DNA of 64,000 nucleotides, taken from contig NC_043017.1 of NCBI RefSeq assembly GCF_006345805.1, positions 20,832,001-20,896,000 on the forward strand, read 5' to 3'. Source of the DNA: Octopus sinensis. Lineage: Eukaryota. Shown here piece after piece: positions 1 to 11,700 of the stretch. The position numbers and the translations under genes are program-made. The notes below the pieces were generated by a model. It saw only the letters and a list, made by a program, of their open reading frames with translations, was not told the DNA's origin and ran no database searches. Every line of letters starts with the position of its first letter. Positions within the stretch are counted from its first letter, which is position 1.

Positions 1-993
1 GCTCTTGACTTTAGTCAAAGAGTGGAGAAGATAATGAACTATCGTGGCTTTGGGTGTGAACAGCCCAATGAAGAATAAAATGAAGTGTTGTGGAATGTGA
101 GGAGGCCAGTGAGAGGTTACGAGAGTAGTGTGGGAATTGAAGAAAGCGGGAGGAAGCAAAGAATGAGAAAAATGAAATAGAGAGAGTCGAAAATTTACAC
201 TATATCAAAATGAAGGTGGTAGTTACGATTCATAAAAGCTGGTCAATCTTTGACCAGAGTTCCTGCTCGATTTTTGATCATACATCAACTCAATCAGGTC
301 AGACCTGGGGTGAAGCAATGACAATTCCTCTTACATATCAATTCTTCCCCAAACTGGTGACCCAATCCTGTTTTCACTTCCCAGAGTCAAATGTGCCTTT
401 GTCTCCTTCCAGTCGGAACCCTTCAAACAACCAAACAACAATCTTGGTTAGGTCAGTTGGTCAGCGAACACAGAACCAAACCCAGCTTGAATTCTATTTC
501 TACAACTTATTTATGATTGAAAAGCAATGCATTTCAATGCTAACAGGAAATCATTCATAGCAGACTTCTTCGCTATTTATAACAGACAACTATTTTTTAC
601 TTTATTTTTTTTCTTTATTTCTATATCTTTCCTGTCTGCTAGAACCAAAATTAATTTTAGAAGAAATACCAAAATAATAGATGCAGAGTTCTTCTATTTT
701 TCACCTTGTGCTTAAAGACAGCAGGTCTTTGATGGGTTTGCTGTTTGCAGTTTAACCTTTTAGAGTTCAGATTACTTTTAATGCTTATTTATTCACAATG
801 TTTTGAATTATTCCTGCATTAGAACCAGGCATGGTTGCATGGTAAGAAGCTTGCTTCAGGTTCAGTCCCACTGCATGGTAAACTGAGGAAGTGTCTCCTA
901 CTATATTCCTGAGGGGTAATCATGATGGGTATATTGGACTTCGTATGTTTGTACCACAGTGTTACTTTGATGGCATGCACTGCTCTCTCACTC

Positions 994-1041
<48 letters not shown>

Positions 1042-1226
1042 CCTTTCTACTATAGGCACAAGGCTAGAAATTTTGGGGGGAGAGAGCTAGTTGATTACAT
1101 CGACCCCAAAAGGATGAAAGGCAAAGTTGACCGCGGCAGAATTTGAACTCAGAATGTAAAGATGGGCAAAATGCCACAATGCATTTCGCTTGGCATGCTA
1201 ATGATTCTGTCAGCTTGCTGCTTTTC

Positions 1227-1264
<38 letters not shown>

Positions 1265-1285
1265 TAATCCTTTTTACTATCGGTG

Positions 1286-1630
1286 CAGGAGTGGCTGTGT
1301 GGTAAGAATCTTGCTTCCCAACCACTGCATGGCACCTTGAGCAAGTGTCTTCTACTGTAGCCTCAGGCTGACCAAAGCCTTGTGAGTGAATTTGGTACAG
1401 AAACTGAAAGAGGCCCGTCGTATGTGTGTGTGTGTGTGTGTGTGTGTGCATTTGTGTGTCTGTGTTTGTTTCCCCACCATCACTTGACAACCGATGTTGG
1501 TATGTTTATGTCCCCAATAGGATAAGTGCTAGGCTTACAAAGAATAAATCCTAGTGTTGATTTATTCGACTAAAGGCAATGCTCCAGCATGGCCACAGTC
1601 AAATGATTGAAACATATAAAAAAATAAAAG
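1286..1630 (+). mobile_element. SINE family A
   Basis: Same head, body and tail as 7922-8342, with internal deletions. Confidence 0.75.
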
Positions 1631-1861
1631 AATATAGGCACAAAGCCTGAAATTTTCAGGGAGGCCACCAGTCGATTAGATTGATCCCAGTATGCAACAG
1701 GTACTTAATTTATTGACCCCCAAAAGGATGAAAGGCAAAGTTGATCTCAGCAAAATTTGAACTCAGAACGTAAGGACAAATAAAATACTGCTAAGCAATT
1801 CTTCCCGGCATGCTAACAATCCTGCCAGCTCACCTCATTAATAACAATAAAGATAATAACA

Positions 1862-2412
1862 ATTCCCTGATGCAGTACCAGGCAGTGGCTTTTATGGCTT
1901 TTGATCTTAACTGATTGGAAGTGTTATCATGTACATTGTTTTGTGTTGGTATAAAACATGGCCTACATCAAATATTCTTCTCAATACCACAGATGTGCTT
2001 GTCAGTTGCTTGAGCTTGACCAGTTGGGCATGTCCCTTAGTGGCTGATGATATGTGCATCTGTGATCACAAGCAGATATAGTGGGGGAGCATCATAGCCA
2101 TGTGTTGAGGGGAATTTTTTGGGGTTTAGATAATTCACCTCTGGAAACATGGGTATTTCATTCAACATCCTCAATCAACCTTTATTCAAGAACCATTTGA
2201 GTAGGATGGGCTACTTGACTAGAAGAAAATTCTAACTGGGCCCCACCTGCAAGGTCATTCAGTGTTAATCTTGATGAGACCACCATGTCGCGCACACATG
2301 GTTGTGATGCATGTGCCTGGTGTGCCCTTATCAGACGGGTAGTCATGATGGGTATACTGGGCTTTGTATATTTTACACCAGTGTCACTCTGATGGCATGC
2401 ACTGCTCTCTCA
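1862..2412 (+). mobile_element. Unclassified interspersed element ending in (AAT)n
   Basis: The 3' end gtcatgatgggtata...gatggcatgcactgctctctc-aataataat recurs at about 910-995; flanked by AAT-rich tracts. Confidence 0.55.
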
Positions 2413-3355
2413 ATAATAATAATAATAACAATAATAATACACCTTTCTTTGCTCACTGTTATAGATTTGACATGTTTTCCCATGTATTTTACAATAGAAA
2501 ACCCTTTGTACTGCTAACCACTTTCTGTTTTCTCTTAGGTTATGTAGGGACATGGTATATCAATTCTACAACCAAGAGACTTGCTCAAAGTGCCACACAG
2601 TAGGACAGAGCTAAAAACCATGTGGTTGAGAAGCAAGCTTCTTATGTTGAAAATATACTTGTAAAACAAGCAAGCATAAACAACAGGAAGGGCATCCAGC
2701 TGTAACAGAATGTCTCAGTAATACATCATTCCTCTAACTCATGCTAGGATGGAGAAAACTGACGTAAATTGAATGAATTCATGTCATTCTTTACTTTATT
2801 GTGAATATAATCAACCGAACAATATTGTGTTATATCTATTATATCAGACATCATGTTTCATATCATAGTACAGAAGCAATTAAACAAGGAAAAAGCTTTT
2901 TTTTCCATTATAGTCAAAAACCTCGTCCAATATATAAACATTAGCAGAGAATGACACAGTTAATTTTTATATTTATTCATTTTTTATGATGTTTGTTTTG
3001 TTTCGTTTTGTGCTGGTTATTTTTCGTTTTATTTTATTTTATTTTTTTTCTGTTTTACCAATTCTCGTGTGGCATTGTATTACCATTGAAGAACACAGAA
3101 ATATTGTTTGTTTAATTAGCTCAGCCTAGAGGGAAGCATAATTCTTCGCAATAACCACGTACGGAAAGGTAAAAAGAAAAGAAAAGAAAAGAAAAATGAA
3201 ATAAAGAAAGAAAATGACTAGTACTGAAATATGAGTGGAATAAAATAAAACAAAGTTACAAAAAAAATTAAATAAAGATAAAAAAGATGGGGCGAGGAAA
3301 AAATTGCAAACAAGAAAATAAACAAAAAGGAAAAAGAAAATAATTTGAATAACTG

Positions 3356-3393
<38 letters not shown>

Positions 3394-3435
3394 CTGTTAA
3401 ATAAAAGAATTCTGGGGTTTGATTAATTATTTTGC

Positions 3436-3472
<37 letters not shown>

Positions 3473-3714
3473 TAATAATAATAATAACAATGATAATATT
3501 AATAAAAACAGTAGTAGTAGTAGTAATAGAAATAATAATAATAATAATAATAATAATAAACAAAAAAGGTATGTTGTGTTAGTAGGAGCAGGAATGGAGC
3601 TGTTCTTTCTTATATAGTGCCAACGGTCACATCCTGAATATTGTATGTGACTATGTTTATGTTTGTTTATCTGTATTTTTATTTGTTTGTTTGTTTGTTT
3701 GTTTAATTCTACCA

Positions 3715-4420
3715 CTATCACTGCAACCTACCACCACCACCACCAACAACAACAATAACAACAACGTCACAACCACTGCTGCTGTCATCATCGTCATCAT
3801 CACCACCGCCACCACCACCATCACCACCACTGTTGCTGTCATCATCATCATTATCATCATCGTCATCACCACCGCCACCACCACCAACAGCAACAACAAC
3901 AACATCACCAATGTCACCACCACTGTTGCTATCATCATCATTGTCATCACCACTGCCACCACCACCACCACCACCGCCACCACCACCACCACCATCACCA
4001 CCACTGTTGCTGTCATCATCATCATCATCGTCATCACCACCGCCACCACCACCACCAACAAGAACAACAACATCACCAATGTCACCACCACTGTTGCTGT
4101 CATCATCATTGTCATCACCACCACCACCACCACCACCACCACCGTCACCACCACCACCAACGTCACCACCACTGTTGCTGTCATCCTCGTCACCACCACC
4201 GCCACCACCACCACCGTCACCACCACTGTTACTGTCATCATCATCATCATCATCACCACCACCGCCACCGTCATCATTGTTACTGTCACATTCACCATCA
4301 CCGCCACTGCCATCATTTTACAACCACTACCACCACCACCACCACCACCAACATCCCCACCACCACCACCACCAACATCCCCACCACCAGCACCACTGAT
4401 GACAACAGCGACAATAATAA
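3715..4420. repeat. (CAC)/(CAT)/(AAC) compound trinucleotide repeat with higher-order units
   Basis: aacaacatcaccaatgtcaccaccactgttgct recurs at about 3898 and 4066. Confidence 0.85.
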
Positions 4421-5177
4421 CAAACAAGATATTGCTTCACAAGGAACAACAGGTTCCGTCTTCAAATATTTATTACTACAATGGAAAAATATTGATTGTT
4501 AAGACTAAAAGTAAACCCACCACCACCACCACCTCCACAACCACCACCACCGCCACCGCAAACCTCGTTTCTATTGTCTATAGCTTGGCTATTTATTGAT
4601 TACCAACCGAATAGAAGGAATCTTGTTAAATCTACAAGCAAGTCTTTTAGTTTGATGGCAGATGGGGGGGAAAAAAGTATAAAACCCTCTGAAAATGCCG
4701 GTAGCTAAGCTGGTGAAAATCAAGGTTATTATACATGCATGAACTCCTGTTGGAAAACCCATTATCGTTACGGCTTGTTCGTTAATTCTACATGAGGAGG
4801 ATTCCTCTGTTGGATAATTGAATATTAAATTTTAATATTAATTAGAATTATGTTTTCGTATTTAGGTAAAATAATTATTTCTCTGGTTGTATGTAATGTG
4901 ATATGAAATGTAGAAAAAAAATAAATAAAAGGATATATGTAAATAAATGAAAGAGAAAAAAGATTAAACGTGTAACTGTTTTTTTCCTTCCCTGTTGTCT
5001 TCTGCTTGAGTTTTGTAATTAAAAAAATAATATCAAAACAGATGAAATGGCTTTCTGTTTTCTTGTCCTTCTCTTTACAGTAGAACAATATAAGGCAGTG
5101 AATATTTGAAGGAAAAAAATGTTTATATAAAATAGGAACACAAATTGATAACCATAACAAAATATAACTATATATAC

Positions 5178-5216
<39 letters not shown>

Positions 5217-5240
5217 TATATAATATATATATATATATAT

Positions 5241-5530
5241 ACCGTGACCGTGACCGACCAGGCTATCAGATGTTGCTACACATCGCTGGTCACAATGCGC
5301 TTTGCATTGTTTTAGCCTTCAAATGATGCCACCCCGCTGGCTAAGCGAGTAGGCCAACAGAAGAAAGAGTGAGAGAAAGTTGTGGCGAAAGAGTACAGCA
5401 GGGATCGCCACTATCCCCTGCCAGAGCCTCATGGAGCTTTAGGTGTTTTCGCTCAATAAACACTCACAACGCCTGGTCTGGGAATCGAAACCGCGAGTCC
5501 GCTGCCCTAACCACTGGGCCATTGCGCCTC

Positions 5531-5531
<1 letters not shown>
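5241..5531 (-). mobile_element. tRNA-derived SINE family C
   Basis: Minus-strand head ggaggcgcaatggcccagtggttagggcagcggactcgcgg...tttcgattccc. Other copies at 25295-25398 (plus, internally deleted), about 32100-32260 (minus) and 62001-62277 (minus). Confidence 0.8.
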
Positions 5532-5579
<48 letters not shown>

Positions 5580-5823
5580 GAAGTATAAGGAAAGGAAAAA
5601 TTGGAGGTGTAGACGATCTTTAATTCATAATCCAAGTTGGTAAAGAACTAATATACATTCTACAAATTTTTTGGGAGTCTAATTAACTCCAGAGACAAAA
5701 ATGAGAAACTCTTCTTGAAATAAAAATTAGATTCTTTGTCAGGAATTACGGGTATGAATAATTACGACCAACAAAAATATACAAAGACCTTTCATAGCCC
5801 AGATGGGAATGAGCATAGTAAGG

Positions 5824-6157
5824 GTAAAGACCCCCTTCGGTCATGAATGACCATGGGATTGCACCTAGAAAGTTACCCTCCTAGACACAAGTCCGGGCAA
5901 GGTTGTTTATGGAAGACCAGCAGTCGCCCATGCATACCGGCCGCCCCTCTCCACGCCACCAGTATTATCCAAGGGAAAGACAAAGGTCGATACAGCTTGG
6001 CACCAGTGACGTCGCAACTCATTTCTACAGCTGAGTGAACTGGAGCAACGTGAAATAAAGTGCCTTGCTCAAGAACACAACACGCAGCCCGGTCCGGGAT
6101 TCGAGCTCACAACCTCACGATCGTAAGCTCGATGCTCTAACCACTGAGCCATGCGCC
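5824..6157 (-). mobile_element. tRNA-derived SINE family D, full length
   Basis: Minus-strand head ggcgcatggctcagtggttagagcatcg...gttgtgagctcgaatcccgg then gtgttcttgagcaagg. Other copies at about 12835-13095 (plus), 47568-47905, 53863-54170 and 61460-61795 (all minus). Confidence 0.82.
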
Positions 6158-6161
6158 ATAA

Positions 6162-6193
<32 letters not shown>

Positions 6194-6352
6194 ATGTGTA
6201 CATGTACATATACATGTGTGTATGTATATAGACATACACATTCATATACAAACATGTATATAGTTGAAATTTACTGAAAAACAAAAGATGAAGACAGGTA
6301 TATAAAACAACAAGCAGGTGTAATAGTTTGAAGCTCGGAAAGGTGAACAAGT

Positions 6353-6388
6353 CTTTTACATTTCGAGCCTGTGCTCTTCAACAGAAAG
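6353..6388 (-). ncRNA. Minimal HHR-like motif with a variant core (CTGTTGA), diverged copy
   Basis: Minus strand: CTTT-CTGTTGA-A-GAGC-ACAG-GCTC-GAAA-T-GTA-AAAG. The carrier element (about 6270-6435) lies between TA-rich tracts. Confidence 0.55.
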
Positions 6389-6443
6389 GAACATGAAGAA
6401 ATAAACAGAGAGAATAAAAAAACTGGTGTATTTATATATACAT

Positions 6444-6499
<56 letters not shown>

Positions 6500-6789
6500 G
6501 GCACCCTATTAAAAACATTCAGAGGAATCTGTAAAGTACTTTGCATTAAGAAGGGCTTACTGCTATAGAAGCCAAAACAGATTATGGACCCTTGTACAGC
6601 TCTTGGCCTTGTCAACTCCTAGGAAACTGTCTAATCTACGCCAGCATGGAAAATAGACGTTAAACAATGATGACAACAATGCACACACACTTCGAAGTCA
6701 CTGTCATCCCACTTTGTAACTTTAACCAACATGTACTCTCCTAAAATTATTGAGTAACCCTTCAGTATAATATTTCTTTTTTTTCCTAC

Positions 6790-7398
6790 TATAGGTGCAA
6801 GGCCTGAAATTTTTTTGGGGGGGATAGTTAATTACATTGACCTCAGTACACAAATGGTACTTACTTCATTAACCATGAAAAGGAGGAAAGGCAAAGTCAA
6901 CCTCAATGGAATTTGAACTCAGGGCATAAAGGTGGATGAAACACCACCAAACATTTCACCTGGTGTGCTAACAATTCTGCCAGCTTGTTGTCTAACCTTT
7001 CAATATAATATTCTTTTCTACTCTAGGCACAAGGCCCGAAATTTTGGAGGAGTGAGGGCCAGTCAATTAGATCAACTGGTACTTAATTTAGCAACCCCGA
7101 AAGAATGAAGGGCAAAGTTGGCCTTGGCGTAATTTGAACTCAGAACGTAAAGACAGACGAAATACCTATTTCTTTATTACCACAAGGGACTAAACAGAGA
7201 GGGGACAAACAAGGACAGACAAACAGATTAAGTCGATTACATCGACTCCAGTGCATAACTGGTACTTAATTTATCGACCCCGAAAGGATGAAAGGCAAAG
7301 TCCACCTTGGTGGAATTTGAACTCACAACGTAACGGCAGATGAAATATGGCTACGCATTTCGCCTGGCGTGCTAACATTTCTGCCAGCTGGCTGCCTT
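6790..7398 (-). mobile_element. Cluster of three SINE family B copies
   Basis: Repeated gaaaggcaaagtc.acc...ggaatttgaactc motif; the full copy is about 7162-7398. Confidence 0.8.
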
Positions 7399-7921
7399 CC
7401 TTCAATATAATATTAAATTGTTTTTCTAAATAACTTGACATATAAACAAACATTTATACATGTGTGTATAAATGTACACACATACACACTTGTGTGTGTG
7501 TGTGTGTGGCTGTATGTGTGCATCATGAGATGTACATGTGTATACATGTGTTTACTTATGTTCAATAAAACCACAAGGTTTCTTTCTAAAAATGTACGGG
7601 AAGTTTGTGCAATTAATACTAGAGATTAATGGGGAAAATATGTATGGAAATGATGCTAGAAATACTGTTTAGCAGACATAACTGTAAAGATACATAAATA
7701 GTAGACATAAAACAAGTGATAATACAGACTACATGTAATACTAGAGAATAAAAGAGATTATGGAGATAAACCTATCAAATATATTTTCACTAAGAATTAT
7801 AGACTCTGTGTGTGTGTGTGTGTGTATTTCTATTATATTTAGTAAACAGTGCTTTTAAGCCAATATCCAAAGCAAATCTGAGGTTGGTGCATGGTTTTCT
7901 ATACAAAAAAAAAATGGAATT

Positions 7922-8342
7922 AGGCACAGGAGTGGCTGTGTGGTAAGGAGCTTGTTTACCAACCACATGGTTCCGGGTTCAGTCCAACTGCGTGGCACCT
8001 TGGGCAAGTGTCTTCTACTATAGCCTCGGGCTGACCAAAGCCTTGTGAGTGGATTTGGTAGACGGAAACTGAAAGAAGCCTGTTGTATATATGTGTGTAT
8101 ATATATACATATATATATGCGTGTGTGTGTTTGTGTGTCTGTGTTTGTCCCCCTAGCATTGCTTGACAACCGATGCTGGTGTGTTTATGTCCCCATTACT
8201 TAGTGGTTCGGCAAAAAGACACCGATAGAATAAATACTGGGCTTACAAAAAGAATAAGTCCCGGGGTCGGGTTACTCGATTAAAGGTGGTGCTCCAGCAT
8301 GGCTGCAGTCAAATGACTGAAACAAGTAAAAGAGTAAAGAGG
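7922..8342 (+). mobile_element. tRNA-derived SINE family A, full length
   Basis: Head ggagtggctgtgtggtaag...ccgggttcagtccc (A/B-box-like), internal TA/TG tract, tail gaaacaagtaaaagagtaaa. About 18 copies or fragments in the window. Confidence 0.85.
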
Positions 8343-8829
8343 AAGCTATTTACATATGCCATCAGAGTTTGAGCATTCTTAAAATATAAAAATGAAATAA
8401 AATCTTAAATGTGTGTGTGTGTGCGTGTATCAATTCCAAAGTGATGTTGGATATGATATGATACTTATATAATAATATGTAAAAACTCACCAACAGCTGT
8501 TATTAATGCACAGAAACAATAGTTGCGATTTGTGATTAAAGCTTCTTCATTCTACCTTATTGTATTACAAATTCTTTTAGCATGAATTTTGCATACACTT
8601 ATGGATTTCCACATGTTTATCCAGTAAAAGAAGTAATCCTGCTGCATGCAAGATGGCATATGATAGTTGATAACCTTATAGAAGCTTTGAAATGCATGTT
8701 ATTACATATATATATATATATATGTATGTATATATAGTTTACTGATTCGTAATGGTAAGACCAACAGCAAAAGTATTCCATCTGGTGAGAGATAGATGTT
8801 ATTTAGTAAACACAGTATATGTTTTGATG

Positions 8830-8911
8830 TGCTACTATTAGTTTCATGTGCTGAGAACAAGCGAAACAGTATTTAATAACATGTCTGGTGTCCCAGCACA
8901 ATCATCAGGCA
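8830..8911 (-). ncRNA. Type I hammerhead ribozyme motif with a complete core and an extended helix I (full fold 8807-8949)
   Basis: Minus strand: TGC-CTGATGA(8908-8902)-T-TGTGCTGGGA...TCTCAGCACA-T-GAAA(8845-8842)-CTAATA-GTA(8835-8833)-GCA. Helix III is ACTA-A-TAGT. A flanking inverted repeat (8807-8832 vs 8924-8949) matches at 23/26. The first position of helix II is a U.U mismatch. Confidence 0.7.
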
Positions 8912-10244
8912 TTGCCCATGTGGGCACATAAAAGCATATATTGTGTTTATTAAATAATACATGATATATATATATATATATTATATATATATATATATAT
9001 CTAAAGCTCTCTCCTCTTTACCTCACACTTCCTCCTTGACTCTTTCATTGTTCATACATGACCAGCAGCTATCTTCCTTTTTCTTCTTGCTTTACAAGAG
9101 ACAAGACATACTTTTGCCTGTCTCCTGTCAAAGCTCATTTTTCCAGCGTTCATCGCTTCACCTCGTTTTGGCTTAAGAGCCCTTACGGTTTGTTCTTACT
9201 GTCCTGTTTTTGTTACCACTTTAACCCTCTGCAAATCCCAAATTTTATTTAAGTTGCTTTGCGGGAATGACTGTTTTAATGAAGTCGCGTCTTGTCCAAA
9301 CATTCAAAACATGGAGTAGATAAAACAGGGGACAACTGATGAAGGGGTTGTTCTTTATGTTGCCTGTCTCGTTTCTCTATTTGTTTCTTTCGTTGTTCAA
9401 AAACGTTTGTTTTCCATGTTTTTGCTTTTTTATCTTCTTATTTTTTTCCTTTTGTTCATGTTTTTTATGTCCTGTACACATATATGCATGTATATATACA
9501 TATATATGTAGGTATGTACATATATGTATGTATATATGCATATATATATATATATATATATCCATCAAGTTGTTTATCTTGCTATATATAGGGCCTATGT
9601 TGGTGAAGGTGGGCCAGTCATTTATCTACACATGTATGTAGATGCAGGGAAAAAAATTCTTGAGGAAGTCTGACAACTGCTGAAGTGTGTAAACACCTCT
9701 CTCCATTCCACAGGTGTTTTGCTAAAGGGTAGGCTGCCAAAATTGGGCCAACACAGCTTGGCACCAGTGTCATTGTGAGTATTGCTCTCAGAACTTGTGT
9801 GGTAAAGAAGTGCACATTGCAACCTGAATTTCAGTTCAATTCCTCCGTGGATCACCTTGGGCAAGTGTCTTTTGCTGCACAGTTCCATGCTGACCAAAAT
9901 CTTGCAAGTGAATTTCAAAATGTGACAAGTGGAAAACAAGACTAGCAGCGAAATATTACTTTGCTTGGAAGTAGGTGAAGGTTGGTGGCAGGAAGAGTAT
10001 CCAGGCAGAGAAAAATCTGCCTGGACGAATTTGGTTTGAGATATACAAGCATGGGAAAAAAAATGAACATAAATTTATGATGATGATGTTGATGATGAGG
10101 ATGATGATGATGATGATGATGATGATGCACACAAACACATCTGTGTGTAAGTGTATATTCATTTAAACTCATGTATGTATATATGTGTATGTCTATACTA
10201 TGCTACTGATGTATGGTAAAAAGAGGGAAACAGTTTCTTGTAAT

Positions 10245-10322
10245 ATATTGTCTTCTACTATAGCCTTGGGCCGACCAAAGCCTTGTGAGTGGATCTGGTA
10301 GACGGAAACTGAAAGAAGCCTG

Positions 10323-10380
<58 letters not shown>

Positions 10381-10584
10381 TTGTGTGTCCTCCACCCCGC
10401 AACAGCGCTTGACAACAGATGCTGGTGTGTTTATGTCCCCGTAACTTAGCGGCTCGGCAAAAGAGACCGATAGAATAAGTACTAGGCTTATAAAGAATAA
10501 GTCCTGGAGTCGATTTTCTCGACTAAAGGTGGTGCTCTAGCATGGCCACAGTCACATGACTGAAACAAGTAAAAGAGTAAAAGA

Positions 10585-10590
<6 letters not shown>
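10245..10590 (+). mobile_element. SINE family A, 5'-truncated
   Basis: Body and tail match family A. Confidence 0.75.
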
Positions 10591-10631
<41 letters not shown>

Positions 10632-11099
10632 AGGGGTAAAATTAATTAATTAATTAATAATTCCACCAAGTAGTGATTCGTTATGTAAAAGACCATTATC
10701 GGTAAAGTTAAACAATATTCGTTTGAGCATATATTGTCTGGGAGTTGTCTCTTACAGTAGAAGAAATAGCTAGTTTTTTTTATTTTGGCTGCTATTTCTA
10801 AAGTTTGGTGTGTGGTGAAGCAAATTCTATTATAACAAATATATATATATATTCATACATACATATCTATATGTAAGTAGACAGTTATTTCCTCCAGCTA
10901 AACTAAATCCTTCATGTCTTAAGATGCTAATAACATTCATTTAGTTCTATCAATCTATTAGTTTTATCAGCAAGAATACGTACTGTACCCTATTGATTAT
11001 ATAGATTTTCAGTACACACGTGAAACGCAAACACAGACAGAATTAAGCATATTGTAAAAACTAGACTACTTTCTCTACTTACCTACCCACCTTCCTACC

Positions 11100-11379
11100 T
11101 TCTATCTATGCATCTCTCTATCTATACACCGTACTATCTATTTACTTATATGACTCTGTCTCTCTCTCTCTCTATGTCTGTCAATCTATCTATCTACCTG
11201 TATGTATGTGTGTATCTATCTAACTATCTATCTCTCTATCTATCTATTGATCCATCTATCTACCTGTATGTATGTATGTATGTATGTATGTATGTATGAA
11301 TGTATGTATGTATGCATGTATGTATGTATGTATGTATGCATGTATGTATGCATGTATGTATGTATGTATGCATGCATGC

Positions 11380-11411
<32 letters not shown>

Positions 11412-11700
11412 GTGTGTATGTATGTATGTATGTATGCATGCATGCATGTATGCTTGCATGTATGTATGTATGTATGTATACATGTATGTATATATCTATC
11501 TATCTATTGCTCAATCTATCTACCTGTATGTATGTATGTATGTATGTATGTATGTATCTATTCTATCTATCTGTCTATCTATGTATCTATGTATCTATCT
11601 ATGTATCTATCTATCTATCTATCTATCCGTCTGTCTGTCTGTCAGTCCATCCATCTGTCTATCTGTCTTCTACTCTCTGCTTCTCTATCTACTAATCAAT
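11100..11700. repeat. (TATG)n/(TCTA)n tetranucleotide repeats
   Basis: Direct inspection. Confidence 0.9.

Noticed and set aside
210-560. 116-aa ORF
   Set aside because: No recognisable domain or splice signals; the region is better explained as non-coding.
3119-3168. Possible micro-exon LSLEGSIILRNNHVRK with AAG|GTAAAA donor (also a possible acceptor near 22187)
   Set aside because: Weak or SSR-derived acceptors and no partner exons, so not distinguishable from chance.
3657-4599. Long ORFs rich in Thr, Pro, Val or His (also 14010-14609, 24202-24960, 41969-42662, 55175-56980)
   Set aside because: Open in several frames and on both strands because trinucleotide repeats lack stops. No unique domain or splice context, so not called as mucins.
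5460-5531. tRNA-like sequences at the SINE heads (families A-D)
   Set aside because: They lack a complete acceptor stem and continue into repeat bodies, so they are SINE promoters and not tRNA genes.
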